Virus record (IMG/VR): IMGVR_UViG_3300044998_001165
Location: 1-51,939 of that record
DNA from: a virus
Lineage: Duplodnaviria > Caudoviricetes
Strand: one strand, 5' to 3'
Length of the DNA stretch: 51,939 nucleotides
A model generated the notes under the pieces. It did not search any database. It worked only from the letters and a program-made list of their open reading frames with translations, and was not told where the DNA came from. Below are positions 17,666 to 27,234 of the stretch, piece after piece. How positions within the stretch are numbered: position 1 is the first letter of the stretch; the number at the start of each line of letters is the position of its first letter. Both the position numbers and the translations under genes were made by a program.

Positions 17666-17746
17666 TAACTTGATTCGCGTTGCGTTACGCTACTCGCGTT
17701 GAGTAACTTGATTCGCGTTGCGTTACGCTACTCGCGTTGAGTAACT
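17666..17746. repeat. 38-bp perfect tandem duplication in the switch region
   Basis: TAACTTGATTCGCGTTGCGTTACGCTACTCGCGTTGAG x2 plus a partial third copy. Confidence 0.95.
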
Positions 17747-17751
17747 CAATA

Positions 17752-17759
17752 CAAAGATA
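17752..17759 (-). promoter_or_regulatory. Bacteroidota -7 box (TATCTTTG) for the leftward replication operon
   Basis: Exact TAnnTTTG match. Confidence 0.65.
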
Positions 17760-17813
17760 CTGCGTATAATCATTAAGTCAACTGCCTATAGCAGTATTAA
17801 GAATCATTAACTT

Positions 17814-18119
17814 ATGCAAGATATTGGTCATATATTACGAGAACTAAGAGAATCTCGCCAAATCTCTCAAAATTCTTTGGGAGAACTCTTGGGTATGACT
17901 CAAAGTGCCATTTATCGTATTGAGTCTGGAAATAGCTCTCCTACGATAGAAACGATAACAAAGATCGCCGACTATTTTCATGTCTCGGTAGATTATCTTC
18001 TGGGGCGTGTTCCGTCCGGCGACACCATTTCCCAGCACGGCTCTGACATTAACAATAGCACGGTTCTCGTGGGTAAAAGTATCAGCAATGGTTTTGATGC
18101 TGAATGTCGGGAAAACTAA
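17814..18119 (+). CDS. XRE-family (CI-like) repressor, apparently frameshift-truncated
   Basis: LRELRESRQISQNSLGELLGMTQSAIYRIESGNSSPTIETITKIADYFHVSVDYLLGR is a canonical HTH_3; coiled coil continues in the -1 frame to 18226. Confidence 0.9.
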   Translation: MQDIGHILRELRESRQISQNSLGELLGMTQSAIYRIESGNSSPTIETITKIADYFHVSVDYLLGRVPSGDTISQHGSDINNSTVLVGKSISNGFDAECREN

Positions 18120-18222
18120 AAGTCGCGCAGGATCGCATCGTCTCTTTAGAAGCGGAACGCGATCGTCTTTTTCAAATTGTACTTAACTTATCCGGTTCAC
18201 CATCTAATGAACAACAAGCTGT

Positions 18223-18345
18223 ATGAATAAGAAAGGGTGCTTAAAATGGTTTTTGATCTTGTTTATAGCTGTTCCTATGGGATTCGGGCTTGCTTTCTCT
18301 GAGGCTCTATCCTTTAACTCGGAAGATGAATCAGTATTAGAATAA
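18223..18345 (+). CDS. 40-aa membrane-anchored peptide
   Basis: MNKKGCLKWFLILFIAVPMGFGLAFSE...; ATGA overlap with the stop of the repressor's alternative frame. Confidence 0.5.
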   Translation: MNKKGCLKWFLILFIAVPMGFGLAFSEALSFNSEDESVLE

Positions 18346-18363
18346 AGCACTTATAGCAATATT

Positions 18364-21300
18364 TCACCCACACCCTTCTATAATCTCACAGAACGCCTTT
18401 TTCTTAACCTTAATGTCAATCCACCAATTATACCCAAACTCTGAATTTTGATCGATTGTCCCATCAAATGTATATTCGACGTTATCAATCAAAAAGGAAG
18501 GGGCGGTAAGGATGTTTAAGAACCGTTTAACTACGTAGGGAGGCATTCCATCCAAAACTAACCGGTAAACCTCCTGACCCGTACTCGAAATTACCCGCCC
18601 GTTTTCCTCCTGCCGGGTAACTTCGTAAGAATCGAATAGTAGATACCCATTCATGCGTAACCGCTCAATATGTTTGAATGGCGTTCCGATAAATTGATCT
18701 ACTAAGCCGTAAAAATGACCACTGCAATCCGAGTCCGTTAGTGCCTCAAAAACCATCGTTTGCTCACAACAACCATTCGTTTTACGATAGAGCGGACTAT
18801 AAATGACTGTTTCACGGGGCAAGGTTCGGAAAGTGAACCGCAAAAAGAAACAATTAGGCAGAAATTCGGTATTGACTTCGATGCCTTGGTAAGTCCGTTC
18901 CGTTTTGCGATCACGCCCAACATAGTAACGCAATGCCAAACTGCTTAAAGGAACTATGATGTTACCGTCAGGATCAATCGCCTCGACTGTGGCAAACCAA
19001 TTCCCGCTTTTCGTTTCCTGCCAACCCGCTGTCGGTGCGGTATCATAATCATTGATTCGATCAGGGATGTTAAATTGAAAGTACAGTTTTTCGGGTTCTG
19101 TGCCGCAACATAGATCATAAACTTTCGGAGGTGGCGGGTCTATAATATCCGGGCAATCAGCCGGGGGGGAACAGCATTCATTAGAAATTATCTCCCAGTC
19201 CAAACCCGAATAGTTAGCAACATTTGGGCAAAAACGGATGCCGTCCTTACATATGTCAGAATTAAAAACACGTTGCCAAGCTGAACGGGATGTTGTGATT
19301 GTAAGTATCCCTTCATTGGCATTAACAGATTCATAAACCAACTGTCCTCCGTAATTGGTAGGCCAGAAATTAAGATTATGGATTGCTACGAAATTGTTAA
19401 AATAGGTTGTAAAATCAGTATTGCGATAATCATCTATCCGGATTTGCCACCAAAAAGAATTATACCCCGCCTCACCTGTTGCCACACAGGGACGATTCGT
19501 AGCCTCTAAAGGTAAACCAACATGATCCCCGCCCGTGCCAAATACCATCCCATTATTTCTTACCCGAATTTTGATGACGTTCTTATCAGGATCGGGGCAG
19601 GGTTTGCCACAATCTTCTCCGCAACAAAGCGGTTGTTGCGTGATCTCTATCGTCGCATTTCCAACCAAATCCGACACGATTCCTACGCTACACACTTTGA
19701 AGGTCAAAGTACAGAAATCAACTCCTTTTTGTGCTAACCACCAAGCCCGAGAAACGCGAATACGCATTCGGTTACCGGTTACAGTTACTACTTGATTAGG
19801 CGCATCGTTCATCGTGCCTACAAAAGACTGTAAGACGGAATTAAGTGAGGGGAATGTTGAATAATCCTCAACCGAAAAAACAAAATAAGGGTCTCCCGGA
19901 GAAGGCGTTAAGGAAACGGGACAAGTCGTATTAAACGGCACTAAAGCCCATGCCACGTTATCATTTTCATCGGGGACTAAATTACGTAATTCAAACTCTA
20001 AATCCGCGTAAGCACAGCCTTCCGGCGGACAGCATTCGGGTTGCTTGGAAACGTTAAGGTCTAAGGTTTGGACGGGTAACGGACTACTCTCGGATATAAA
20101 CGGACAACACCAATCCGATATGATTTCAACCGGAACAGTCTGCGCGTCCGGCGTGGTTGTGCCAAAATCGGTTAGATTGTTATAGTTTAAATAGTTTGAT
20201 CCTGAACTACTCTCCACTGCTATTTGAACCACCGGTGTGCAGGGCAATTCAGAACAGGGCAGATAAAAGAACAACTCCGTAGGGTCTCCAATACTTTGGG
20301 TAACGTAGTGTAGGGGAGAAAGAGCCTCCCAAGCGGTTATCAAATTTGTAATAAACTCGTCAATATCTGCCCCCGAATCAACCGTTATTGTTTCATAAGT
20401 AACGGGCATTGTAGCAGAGCAGGTAGCCTTAAAGTTCACGGTAACACTTTCCGATGCCAATCCAAACACAACATTAACCCTTGTGTAAAACATACAAACA
20501 GGGGTAGCCGATTGCGTGCAAGCAATCCATGATGCTAAACAGAGGTTATAACCAAAAAGCGTTTGAAAATTGGCAACATTGTAAGTTAAACAAAAGATGT
20601 TTCCGTTTTGGCTAATACTTGAACCTCCGCCTATCGTCGTAGCTAAGTCTGAAAAAAACGATGCGACTATAACTTTGTATTCATCAAAATCAGCAACCGA
20701 CGCAATGCTTAACTCCGGGATAATCGGTGGATCACAAGGCAGTGAATCCGGTTGTAAAAAAAATGACGCGTCGGTATTGGGGTTTCCATATTCAAAATTT
20801 GCACCAACCTTGAAACATAGTTGTGCCATACCCGCACCAATACTTTGGCAATTACCCGGACAGCATTCCGTTTCTGCCGTAAATAAATAAGGATCGCCTG
20901 TGCCTGTTAATTGCAAAGTAGCCGTTTCGCCGCAACAAGTTGCCGGCATAGGCATTTGAATCGTGATAACGTTCGTTCCATTGGTATGTATTGATGTAAT
21001 GCCATTATCGGTGTATGTGGTGCTTTGTAGTGCTAAATGGAGTTCATCTGCATAATCAATACCGGAAGGTTGTAATTCAACGATTGCATCTAAATCTAAA
21101 GAAAAACATGGTGAAAACGGATCGCCGATATACATATAAAAACCGTTTAGCGTATCGCCAACATCTGGGTCTCCGATCGTAAACGTAAAACGCGCATAAC
21201 CGTCAGGAACGGAGGTACAAGGTTCGGCAGGACAGCATTCTACCACCCCAAACGCAGTATACATCCCCTCGTAAGATTCTACAGTAAAACTACTTCCACA

Positions 21301-23367
21301 ACAATCCCCATCCCATTCAATATATAACAATTTACCGTTTGTTGATGCAATTAAATTAACAGATTCTTTGACTGCAATGATTGTCGCATCAAAACAATTA
21401 TTTATCCAATCTGCAATATTTTGAGCTAATGTAAATGGATTTGAATCATAATTGGGAAAACAAAGGGTTGATGCACTCATATCTAACGCCAAGCATCCAA
21501 AAACGTTAAATATTGCCGGCAGATCGTTTACATTTACATAATCCTGCATATCTAAAACAAGGCGCATTCTGTCTGAAGGCACCGCGCATTCGTTGGTATG
21601 ATAACCCGCTTGGCACAGCGAAAAAGTCCGCGTACAAAGATCAATCCCCAGATTTTGGATAAAGTATTCCGCATCCAAAAAGAAATAGATCGTCCCGAGA
21701 GCTTCATTCAGCACCAGATAAGAATTACCTAAGACTTCATAAATACTACGTAGGTAGTTGTAAACATTTGCCAAGTATTCACTAAAATTACCCGCTTCTG
21801 ACATCCGCATTTGGGTCGGAATATCATTCCAATTTACACCTCCGCAAGTCAGGTTATCAATCAGTCCCCGAATGACAAAACCCGCATCGTTAAAAGGATT
21901 ATTCCAAACGTAATCCGGGTCATTTTTAATGGTGATTTGAGCCTTTGCGAAGCCCACCGGACAGGCATCTGTATCCGTTGACTGCCCCTCAACCGGACAG
22001 CAATAGAGTTCTGTCGAAACCGTGAATCCCGATAAATCGCCCGAGCATTCGCAGACTTTCCAAGTGTCTCGACACCAATCCCGCTTACTTAAATCAAGGT
22101 AGATATAAAAGCCTTGCGTCGGATCAGATGGGTTGACGTACTCGATGTATGAACTCCCGAAATGTTGCGGGAAAGCGGGAAATAATTCGGCTTCCAACCA
22201 TTGCTTTAAGCGATTATTGGTATCTAAATGCGTTGGGGGCTGAACGCAGGGCAACTCGCTTAGGGCATCGCAATCCAGAAAACCCGGAATAAAACGATAT
22301 GTACCCAATCCCCCGGGGTATGGTGGGAACGTCTGCACTTTTAGCCGAGCGTACCCGTCGGGGAGGATGCAGGGTGCATTGACTTCCGCCCGATTACCGC
22401 ACTGCATAAAATCTTCGGGGTTTACCTCAAAGCAAAAAAACGGCTGGGTGATCGTTGGCGGGAAGCCTGAGAATCCGGTAAAGGAGATGCTCGTACCATT
22501 CGCACAAGAACATCCCGGGAAGTCTGTTGGCGAAAGGTAAAAGGCTATTTCCCGCTCATTGGCTCCGTTTTTGAAGTAAACCAAGTCCGAATTCACATAC
22601 AGCGACCGAAAGTAGCCTTGTAAAGCTCCGAAAAAGAAATCAACGTCATGCGGACCCGCCCCCCAAAGGTCGAGCATCATTTCGCCCAAGTCAATAGTGA
22701 TACCGCACCCTAAGTCTATGCGAATCGGTTGGGAAGTAATGTCATCAAATTGATAATTGCCTGCACCGATTTTGAAGGAGAAAACGTTAGTTGCCGGACG
22801 CGAAACAGGGGGAACAACGCCTGTAATACAATCACAATTAAAAACGGCATCAGGCGTACCAATACCCGATCGCACCATAGAAACGGTTTGAAGCGTACAA
22901 TCACATTCATCCAACCAACGTTTATTCAAATAAAATTTAATCGTCGTATCGTCCGCAACCGCAAAAGAAGGAAAGAACCGACGATTGAACTTGGTGATGA
23001 TGTCTAATTGCAGTTCTTCGGTGGTATTGCCTGACGCATTGATGTAAAATGTTCTGCCACAGGGATTAAGGGTAATGCTATTCAAAACGCCCACTTCGCC
23101 CCTGCCTACCGAAACCCCTAAAGTCAGCACTTGATAACAGCAATCCACTGCACCCAAACCGGGGGCAACAAAGCAAGGCGCGCAAACCGGAATCGCAAAC
23201 AACTCGCCTCCGTTACAATCGCCCGTGAGGATTTCTTCTAAGGTCAATCCCTGCTGAATCGCGCCATTATTGCAGTCAATTTTTAAGGGCAGTAGTTTGA
23301 TGGCTGTATCCGAACCGTTGCTTACAACCGTATTCGGAAGCGGATATTTATAGGTATTGGTAGGCAT
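18364..23367 (-). CDS. Giant Cys-rich repeat-containing tail protein (possible evolved distal-tail/receptor-binding protein)
   Basis: 1667 aa, last gene of the tail-tip operon, recurring C..PDGYA / ECC motifs. Confidence 0.65.
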   Translation of the reverse strand: MPTNTYKYPLPNTVVSNGSDTAIKLLPLKIDCNNGAIQQGLTLEEILTGDCNGGELFAIPVCAPCFVAPGLGAVDCCYQVLTLGVSVGRGEVGVLNSITLNPCGRTFYINASGNTTEELQLDIITKFNRRFFPSFAVADDTTIKFYLNKRWLDECDCTLQTVSMVRSGIGTPDAVFNCDCITGVVPPVSRPATNVFSFKIGAGNYQFDDITSQPIRIDLGCGITIDLGEMMLDLWGAGPHDVDFFFGALQGYFRSLYVNSDLVYFKNGANEREIAFYLSPTDFPGCSCANGTSISFTGFSGFPPTITQPFFCFEVNPEDFMQCGNRAEVNAPCILPDGYARLKVQTFPPYPGGLGTYRFIPGFLDCDALSELPCVQPPTHLDTNNRLKQWLEAELFPAFPQHFGSSYIEYVNPSDPTQGFYIYLDLSKRDWCRDTWKVCECSGDLSGFTVSTELYCCPVEGQSTDTDACPVGFAKAQITIKNDPDYVWNNPFNDAGFVIRGLIDNLTCGGVNWNDIPTQMRMSEAGNFSEYLANVYNYLRSIYEVLGNSYLVLNEALGTIYFFLDAEYFIQNLGIDLCTRTFSLCQAGYHTNECAVPSDRMRLVLDMQDYVNVNDLPAIFNVFGCLALDMSASTLCFPNYDSNPFTLAQNIADWINNCFDATIIAVKESVNLIASTNGKLLYIEWDGDCCGSSFTVESYEGMYTAFGVVECCPAEPCTSVPDGYARFTFTIGDPDVGDTLNGFYMYIGDPFSPCFSLDLDAIVELQPSGIDYADELHLALQSTTYTDNGITSIHTNGTNVITIQMPMPATCCGETATLQLTGTGDPYLFTAETECCPGNCQSIGAGMAQLCFKVGANFEYGNPNTDASFFLQPDSLPCDPPIIPELSIASVADFDEYKVIVASFFSDLATTIGGGSSISQNGNIFCLTYNVANFQTLFGYNLCLASWIACTQSATPVCMFYTRVNVVFGLASESVTVNFKATCSATMPVTYETITVDSGADIDEFITNLITAWEALSPLHYVTQSIGDPTELFFYLPCSELPCTPVVQIAVESSSGSNYLNYNNLTDFGTTTPDAQTVPVEIISDWCCPFISESSPLPVQTLDLNVSKQPECCPPEGCAYADLEFELRNLVPDENDNVAWALVPFNTTCPVSLTPSPGDPYFVFSVEDYSTFPSLNSVLQSFVGTMNDAPNQVVTVTGNRMRIRVSRAWWLAQKGVDFCTLTFKVCSVGIVSDLVGNATIEITQQPLCCGEDCGKPCPDPDKNVIKIRVRNNGMVFGTGGDHVGLPLEATNRPCVATGEAGYNSFWWQIRIDDYRNTDFTTYFNNFVAIHNLNFWPTNYGGQLVYESVNANEGILTITTSRSAWQRVFNSDICKDGIRFCPNVANYSGLDWEIISNECCSPPADCPDIIDPPPPKVYDLCCGTEPEKLYFQFNIPDRINDYDTAPTAGWQETKSGNWFATVEAIDPDGNIIVPLSSLALRYYVGRDRKTERTYQGIEVNTEFLPNCFFLRFTFRTLPRETVIYSPLYRKTNGCCEQTMVFEALTDSDCSGHFYGLVDQFIGTPFKHIERLRMNGYLLFDSYEVTRQEENGRVISSTGQEVYRLVLDGMPPYVVKRFLNILTAPSFLIDNVEYTFDGTIDQNSEFGYNWWIDIKVKKKAFCEIIEGCG

Positions 23368-23396
23368 GGTATTTTATAAATTACGGCGAATACGCT

Positions 23397-23621
23397 TTAA
23401 TTATTTTTTGCTAAATGTGCGTGCAAACGATTAACCATATTTTTAAGACATAAATCAATAAAGACAGCATTAGGTGGCTGATAGACAATCATGTCGGTAG
23501 CATATTGATTGTTTGCTATTTTTTCGGGTGGTTTGCCAATGTTGAAACTGACCAAATAGCCTTCTTGCTCAATCTCTTTTACGACATCAGCCAATTTATC
23601 AATCAATTTATCAGAAAGCAT
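23397..23621 (-). CDS. Hypothetical protein
   Basis: 74-aa ORF in operon. Confidence 0.6.
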   Translation of the reverse strand: MLSDKLIDKLADVVKEIEQEGYLVSFNIGKPPEKIANNQYATDMIVYQPPNAVFIDLCLKNMVNRLHAHLAKNN

Positions 23622-23639
23622 ATAATTGCTATTAGAAGG

Positions 23640-24113
23640 TTAGGTGGTTTCATAAACTTGTTCTAAAGCCAACTTTTTTCGGACGTTTGGCGGAGTGTAG
23701 CACATGGAAACACTCGCTTTCCGGGTCTCTTCAAAGCCTAATTTTTTGAAAATGGGATAGGATGTTTCTAAAATAGCAATACATCTTAGCTGTGTTTGCA
23801 TCACCTCAGCTACCCCTTTAGCATGCTCTACCAATGCAGAGAAGTAGCCTTTCTTTCGCTGATCCGGAGCGGTGAAACAATCACTGATTTCAACCCCCCA
23901 TCGTTCAAACTCGTTCGGATTCATGTAAACGACAATAGAGCAGACTGCGCAGATGTTTCCGGCATCGTCCTTCACTGCCCAAAGGGTGATATTCCCCAAT
24001 TCTCCTTCTTCATATCGCATACCGAATATTTCCTCCACCTCATCAGGAAATTGGCGCATGAAGTCCAGAAAATCGGTTTCGGTAATGCGGGTGATGATAA
24101 TATTTTCTTTCAT
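23640..24113 (-). CDS. GNAT-family acetyltransferase
   Basis: Motif A CFTAPDQRKKGYFSALV and C-terminal YPIFKKLGFE. Confidence 0.85.
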   Translation of the reverse strand: MKENIIITRITETDFLDFMRQFPDEVEEIFGMRYEEGELGNITLWAVKDDAGNICAVCSIVVYMNPNEFERWGVEISDCFTAPDQRKKGYFSALVEHAKGVAEVMQTQLRCIAILETSYPIFKKLGFEETRKASVSMCYTPPNVRKKLALEQVYETT

Positions 24114-24125
24114 ATAGATATTGAA

Positions 24126-27100
24126 TTAATGATTTACCCATGCCGGCAACGTGCCGACCGGAAAAGTTGCTTTGGGACGAATCCCGAAATTATGTAGTTG
24201 AGCGGGGTTGTTGTAAGGTGAGGTATCCGGCGCAATGATTCGACCTTCCGAGCCATTCGCACTACCAAATAAACTACCATTATCCACCCCGTTTTCATTC
24301 AGTCGCCAACGTCCAACCAAGTTCCCTGCCGGCGGAATACCGCCTAAGTTGTAGTTGTATAGTCCAAATACCTCGGAGGCACTCAAAGCCTTGTTATATA
24401 AGAGGATTTCGTCCAACATACCCCACAAACTCAAGTTCTTTGCCGAAACGGGACATTCAGAGAACCTCCCCTTGTTTTGATTACCTGCCCAAATCGGAAA
24501 ACCATAGTTCAAATTTTGGCTATCTGTGCCACCACTACCGGTGGTGTCGGACGTAGTCGTCGTCAAAAGACAGCCATTGGCATACAGTTTCCATTTTGTA
24601 TTGATAGTTCCCGGATCACGAACGGCGCAGAAGTGATACCACTGCCCATAATTCAGCCTCAAATTACCGGAAGTGATTTCTAATGCTTGCCCGGTATTTT
24701 TATGAATGACAAATTTCAATGCCCAAATATTGGCTGATATGTATCTCAAATAAAGCCCCCAACCCCGCCAAGAGGTACACCCCCCCGGCAACGCCGATGC
24801 AAAGCCCATCGAGCCGATTAGCCACTGCTCCTCCACCAAATCGAAAGCGTCTTTTTTACCTGACAACTTGGCAAAAAGAGCAACGGAAAAGGGATTTGTG
24901 CCGAAATTATAGGCAGAAATGGGCGGGATAACTAACGTATTATTGTCGGGATAATCCTCTTTATCAAGGTATTGCGGAATAAAAAATAAGGCATTGCCCA
25001 GCGGTTCGTTAGGAAAGGGAATCGCATTATTACACAACTCAACCGATTTACGAATTAACCTGTCGGACGCATCCTTAACCTCCACTGTATAAACATTATT
25101 CGGCGGTAAAGCCCCGGCATAAGCCGTTAATGATTGTGGCATATTATTCCATTTGTAAGTATAGGGAGGTGTTCCACCGGACGGTACGGCTACGATTTGC
25201 CCGTTAAATGGACATGCGGTAGCGGTGTTACAAGTTACATTCAAGGCAACCTGAAAGCCCTGTGCTTTCCGAATTGCGCCTACTCGATACCGACGATCGG
25301 TTATCAAAGCGGGTGCTGAAATCTTTGCTTTGGCAATATGGGTAGCATTATCAAACTGCAAATCGGCACTGACTAAGGGCGATTCGGAAAGGCGGGCTAA
25401 TAAGCCGGAGTAACTTTCGTATTCCTTAACATTAGGAAGAGAGAATATCTCTTTGTCGGTTATGGCTATAAAATTCGCATCGGTAGAATTATTTAAGTCA
25501 GTGACCTTGACATAACAATCCGTTCCGCCGGAGCAAAAAACACGTAACGGATCGCCGTTTTGTTCCTGTAATTCAATCGTCATCGTGGTTTCATCAAAAG
25601 CCTTAACCGCAACCACTTGCGTAAAGATTAATTCATCTTGAAACGAAATAGGGTTTTGATAATCCAAAATGAATTTATATTCCACGTAAATTGTCTTACC
25701 TGTCCAATCTTGATTCCCATTTGCCGGAGCTACGGGCGTTTGGGATGACTCAATTAGCGTTACGACATTAGCAGTATTCTGTTCCGAACGAATGCGAAAC
25801 GGGTATTTCATCTGCATTTCATAGGAATAGGGGTCTATATTGACCTCACCCTTACCGTTGGCATTCCAAGTTCCGTTCCCGTTCCCGTTTCGGGTAAAGG
25901 AGTGCTTTTCAACTACCTGCCGATAAATGCTTTCCAGATAGTATAACGATACCTCAATCCGTTGCAAAGCGGCAAACCATCCGCCCGAAAAAGCTATCCT
26001 TTTGGCATCATAAACATTGTAATTAACGCTCAATTCAGATTCTAAACGCTCGTAAGGGGCGCATTGAATTGCGTTACCGTATTCGGAATTGTAGTCCCGA
26101 AGCATTCCGGTAATCAATGGCGGGATAAGCGGTGGTGGAGTGTCGGCGGTAAGTGATGAAGAGATGAACGAATAGGATGCCAGTTTGTTTACCGCTTGCT
26201 CATAATTAACGACTACAATTACCCTATAACTTGCGCCCGGGGTTAACTGTGAGGCTTTTATGATAAACTGGGTGCGCCAAAGGTCTCCGACAACATTAAA
26301 AAGCTGAAAAGAAGGCGAATACAATACCGTCCCCCCGCCCCATTGGGTATAAAGTCCATAAGGTACTGGTAAAGGGACATTACTGCCCGAATTGGGTACA
26401 GTAGCGATGTCGGCTTTAATTGCCTGCAAAAAAGGCTGACCGTTCACTGCTCCCTCTTGAATGATCCAAACTACGACATGGGGGTTCGATTGTGTAGTAC
26501 GGCATTCAAAACGGAGTGCCGTATCTTCAAAAGCAGATATGCCCGTAACCGGCTGATTGTTTCGCAAAAGCGTAAAAGACGGATTGGCAACCAAGGTGGC
26601 TACCCCACCGTATTCATCTGAATTATACCAGCGTTCCGTTACGGTCTGATCGGCTTTACCATAACTCCAAACGGGGCGCGTTGCGGGCGGAATCGGGGCT
26701 TCTTTGAAGTAAAGCGACAGTCTAAGCACCCGATTGGTGTTGAAAACAGCTGTGCCGTTATTTTCTAACAGATCAACAGCATTAATGCTATTAAATAATA
26801 ACCGCCTGCTATTCCGCACAGACGATAGATAACCGTCCACATCCTCCAATAATGCAAAAGTGCCAACAACCTTAATCCGCAGGTTGCCCGCCTGCTCCTC
26901 AAATATAATAGACCAAATGCCCGGACGGGCTTCCTGTTGCCCAACGTAATCCAGTTGATAGGCGGTATTCAGCGTTTTACCCGTTGATTCTGCATAAAAA
27001 TAATTCCCCGACGGTGAGGACGGGTTTTCTAAAGCAAAGCCGGGCGGAAGAAACAGCCCGAAATTGAGGAAAAACTCTCCATCAGGGGCGGGATCAAGCG

Positions 27101-27233
27101 GGGCTTGGGCTTTGTCGGTATCAAAAACAGCCTCAAAACGGCATAAATTACCGATAGAAAGCATCCGAACACCCGCAACGGGCGTGCTTTCGGAAATTTG
27201 ATAAACGGCTAATGAAGTTGCGGTATATAACAT
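24126..27233 (-). CDS. Tail protein with SprB-type repeat and C-terminal LamG/ConA-like lectin domain
   Basis: GQIVAVPSGGTPPYTYKWN...YTVEVKDA; GQWYHFCAVRD...KLYANG...GMLDEILLYNKALSASEV. Confidence 0.8.
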   Translation of the reverse strand: MLYTATSLAVYQISESTPVAGVRMLSIGNLCRFEAVFDTDKAQAPLDPAPDGEFFLNFGLFLPPGFALENPSSPSGNYFYAESTGKTLNTAYQLDYVGQQEARPGIWSIIFEEQAGNLRIKVVGTFALLEDVDGYLSSVRNSRRLLFNSINAVDLLENNGTAVFNTNRVLRLSLYFKEAPIPPATRPVWSYGKADQTVTERWYNSDEYGGVATLVANPSFTLLRNNQPVTGISAFEDTALRFECRTTQSNPHVVVWIIQEGAVNGQPFLQAIKADIATVPNSGSNVPLPVPYGLYTQWGGGTVLYSPSFQLFNVVGDLWRTQFIIKASQLTPGASYRVIVVVNYEQAVNKLASYSFISSSLTADTPPPLIPPLITGMLRDYNSEYGNAIQCAPYERLESELSVNYNVYDAKRIAFSGGWFAALQRIEVSLYYLESIYRQVVEKHSFTRNGNGNGTWNANGKGEVNIDPYSYEMQMKYPFRIRSEQNTANVVTLIESSQTPVAPANGNQDWTGKTIYVEYKFILDYQNPISFQDELIFTQVVAVKAFDETTMTIELQEQNGDPLRVFCSGGTDCYVKVTDLNNSTDANFIAITDKEIFSLPNVKEYESYSGLLARLSESPLVSADLQFDNATHIAKAKISAPALITDRRYRVGAIRKAQGFQVALNVTCNTATACPFNGQIVAVPSGGTPPYTYKWNNMPQSLTAYAGALPPNNVYTVEVKDASDRLIRKSVELCNNAIPFPNEPLGNALFFIPQYLDKEDYPDNNTLVIPPISAYNFGTNPFSVALFAKLSGKKDAFDLVEEQWLIGSMGFASALPGGCTSWRGWGLYLRYISANIWALKFVIHKNTGQALEITSGNLRLNYGQWYHFCAVRDPGTINTKWKLYANGCLLTTTTSDTTGSGGTDSQNLNYGFPIWAGNQNKGRFSECPVSAKNLSLWGMLDEILLYNKALSASEVFGLYNYNLGGIPPAGNLVGRWRLNENGVDNGSLFGSANGSEGRIIAPDTSPYNNPAQLHNFGIRPKATFPVGTLPAWVNH

Positions 27234-27234
27234 G

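Noticed and set aside
17666-17746. CRISPR mini-array
   Set aside because: Repeats are head-to-tail with no spacer; no cas genes seen
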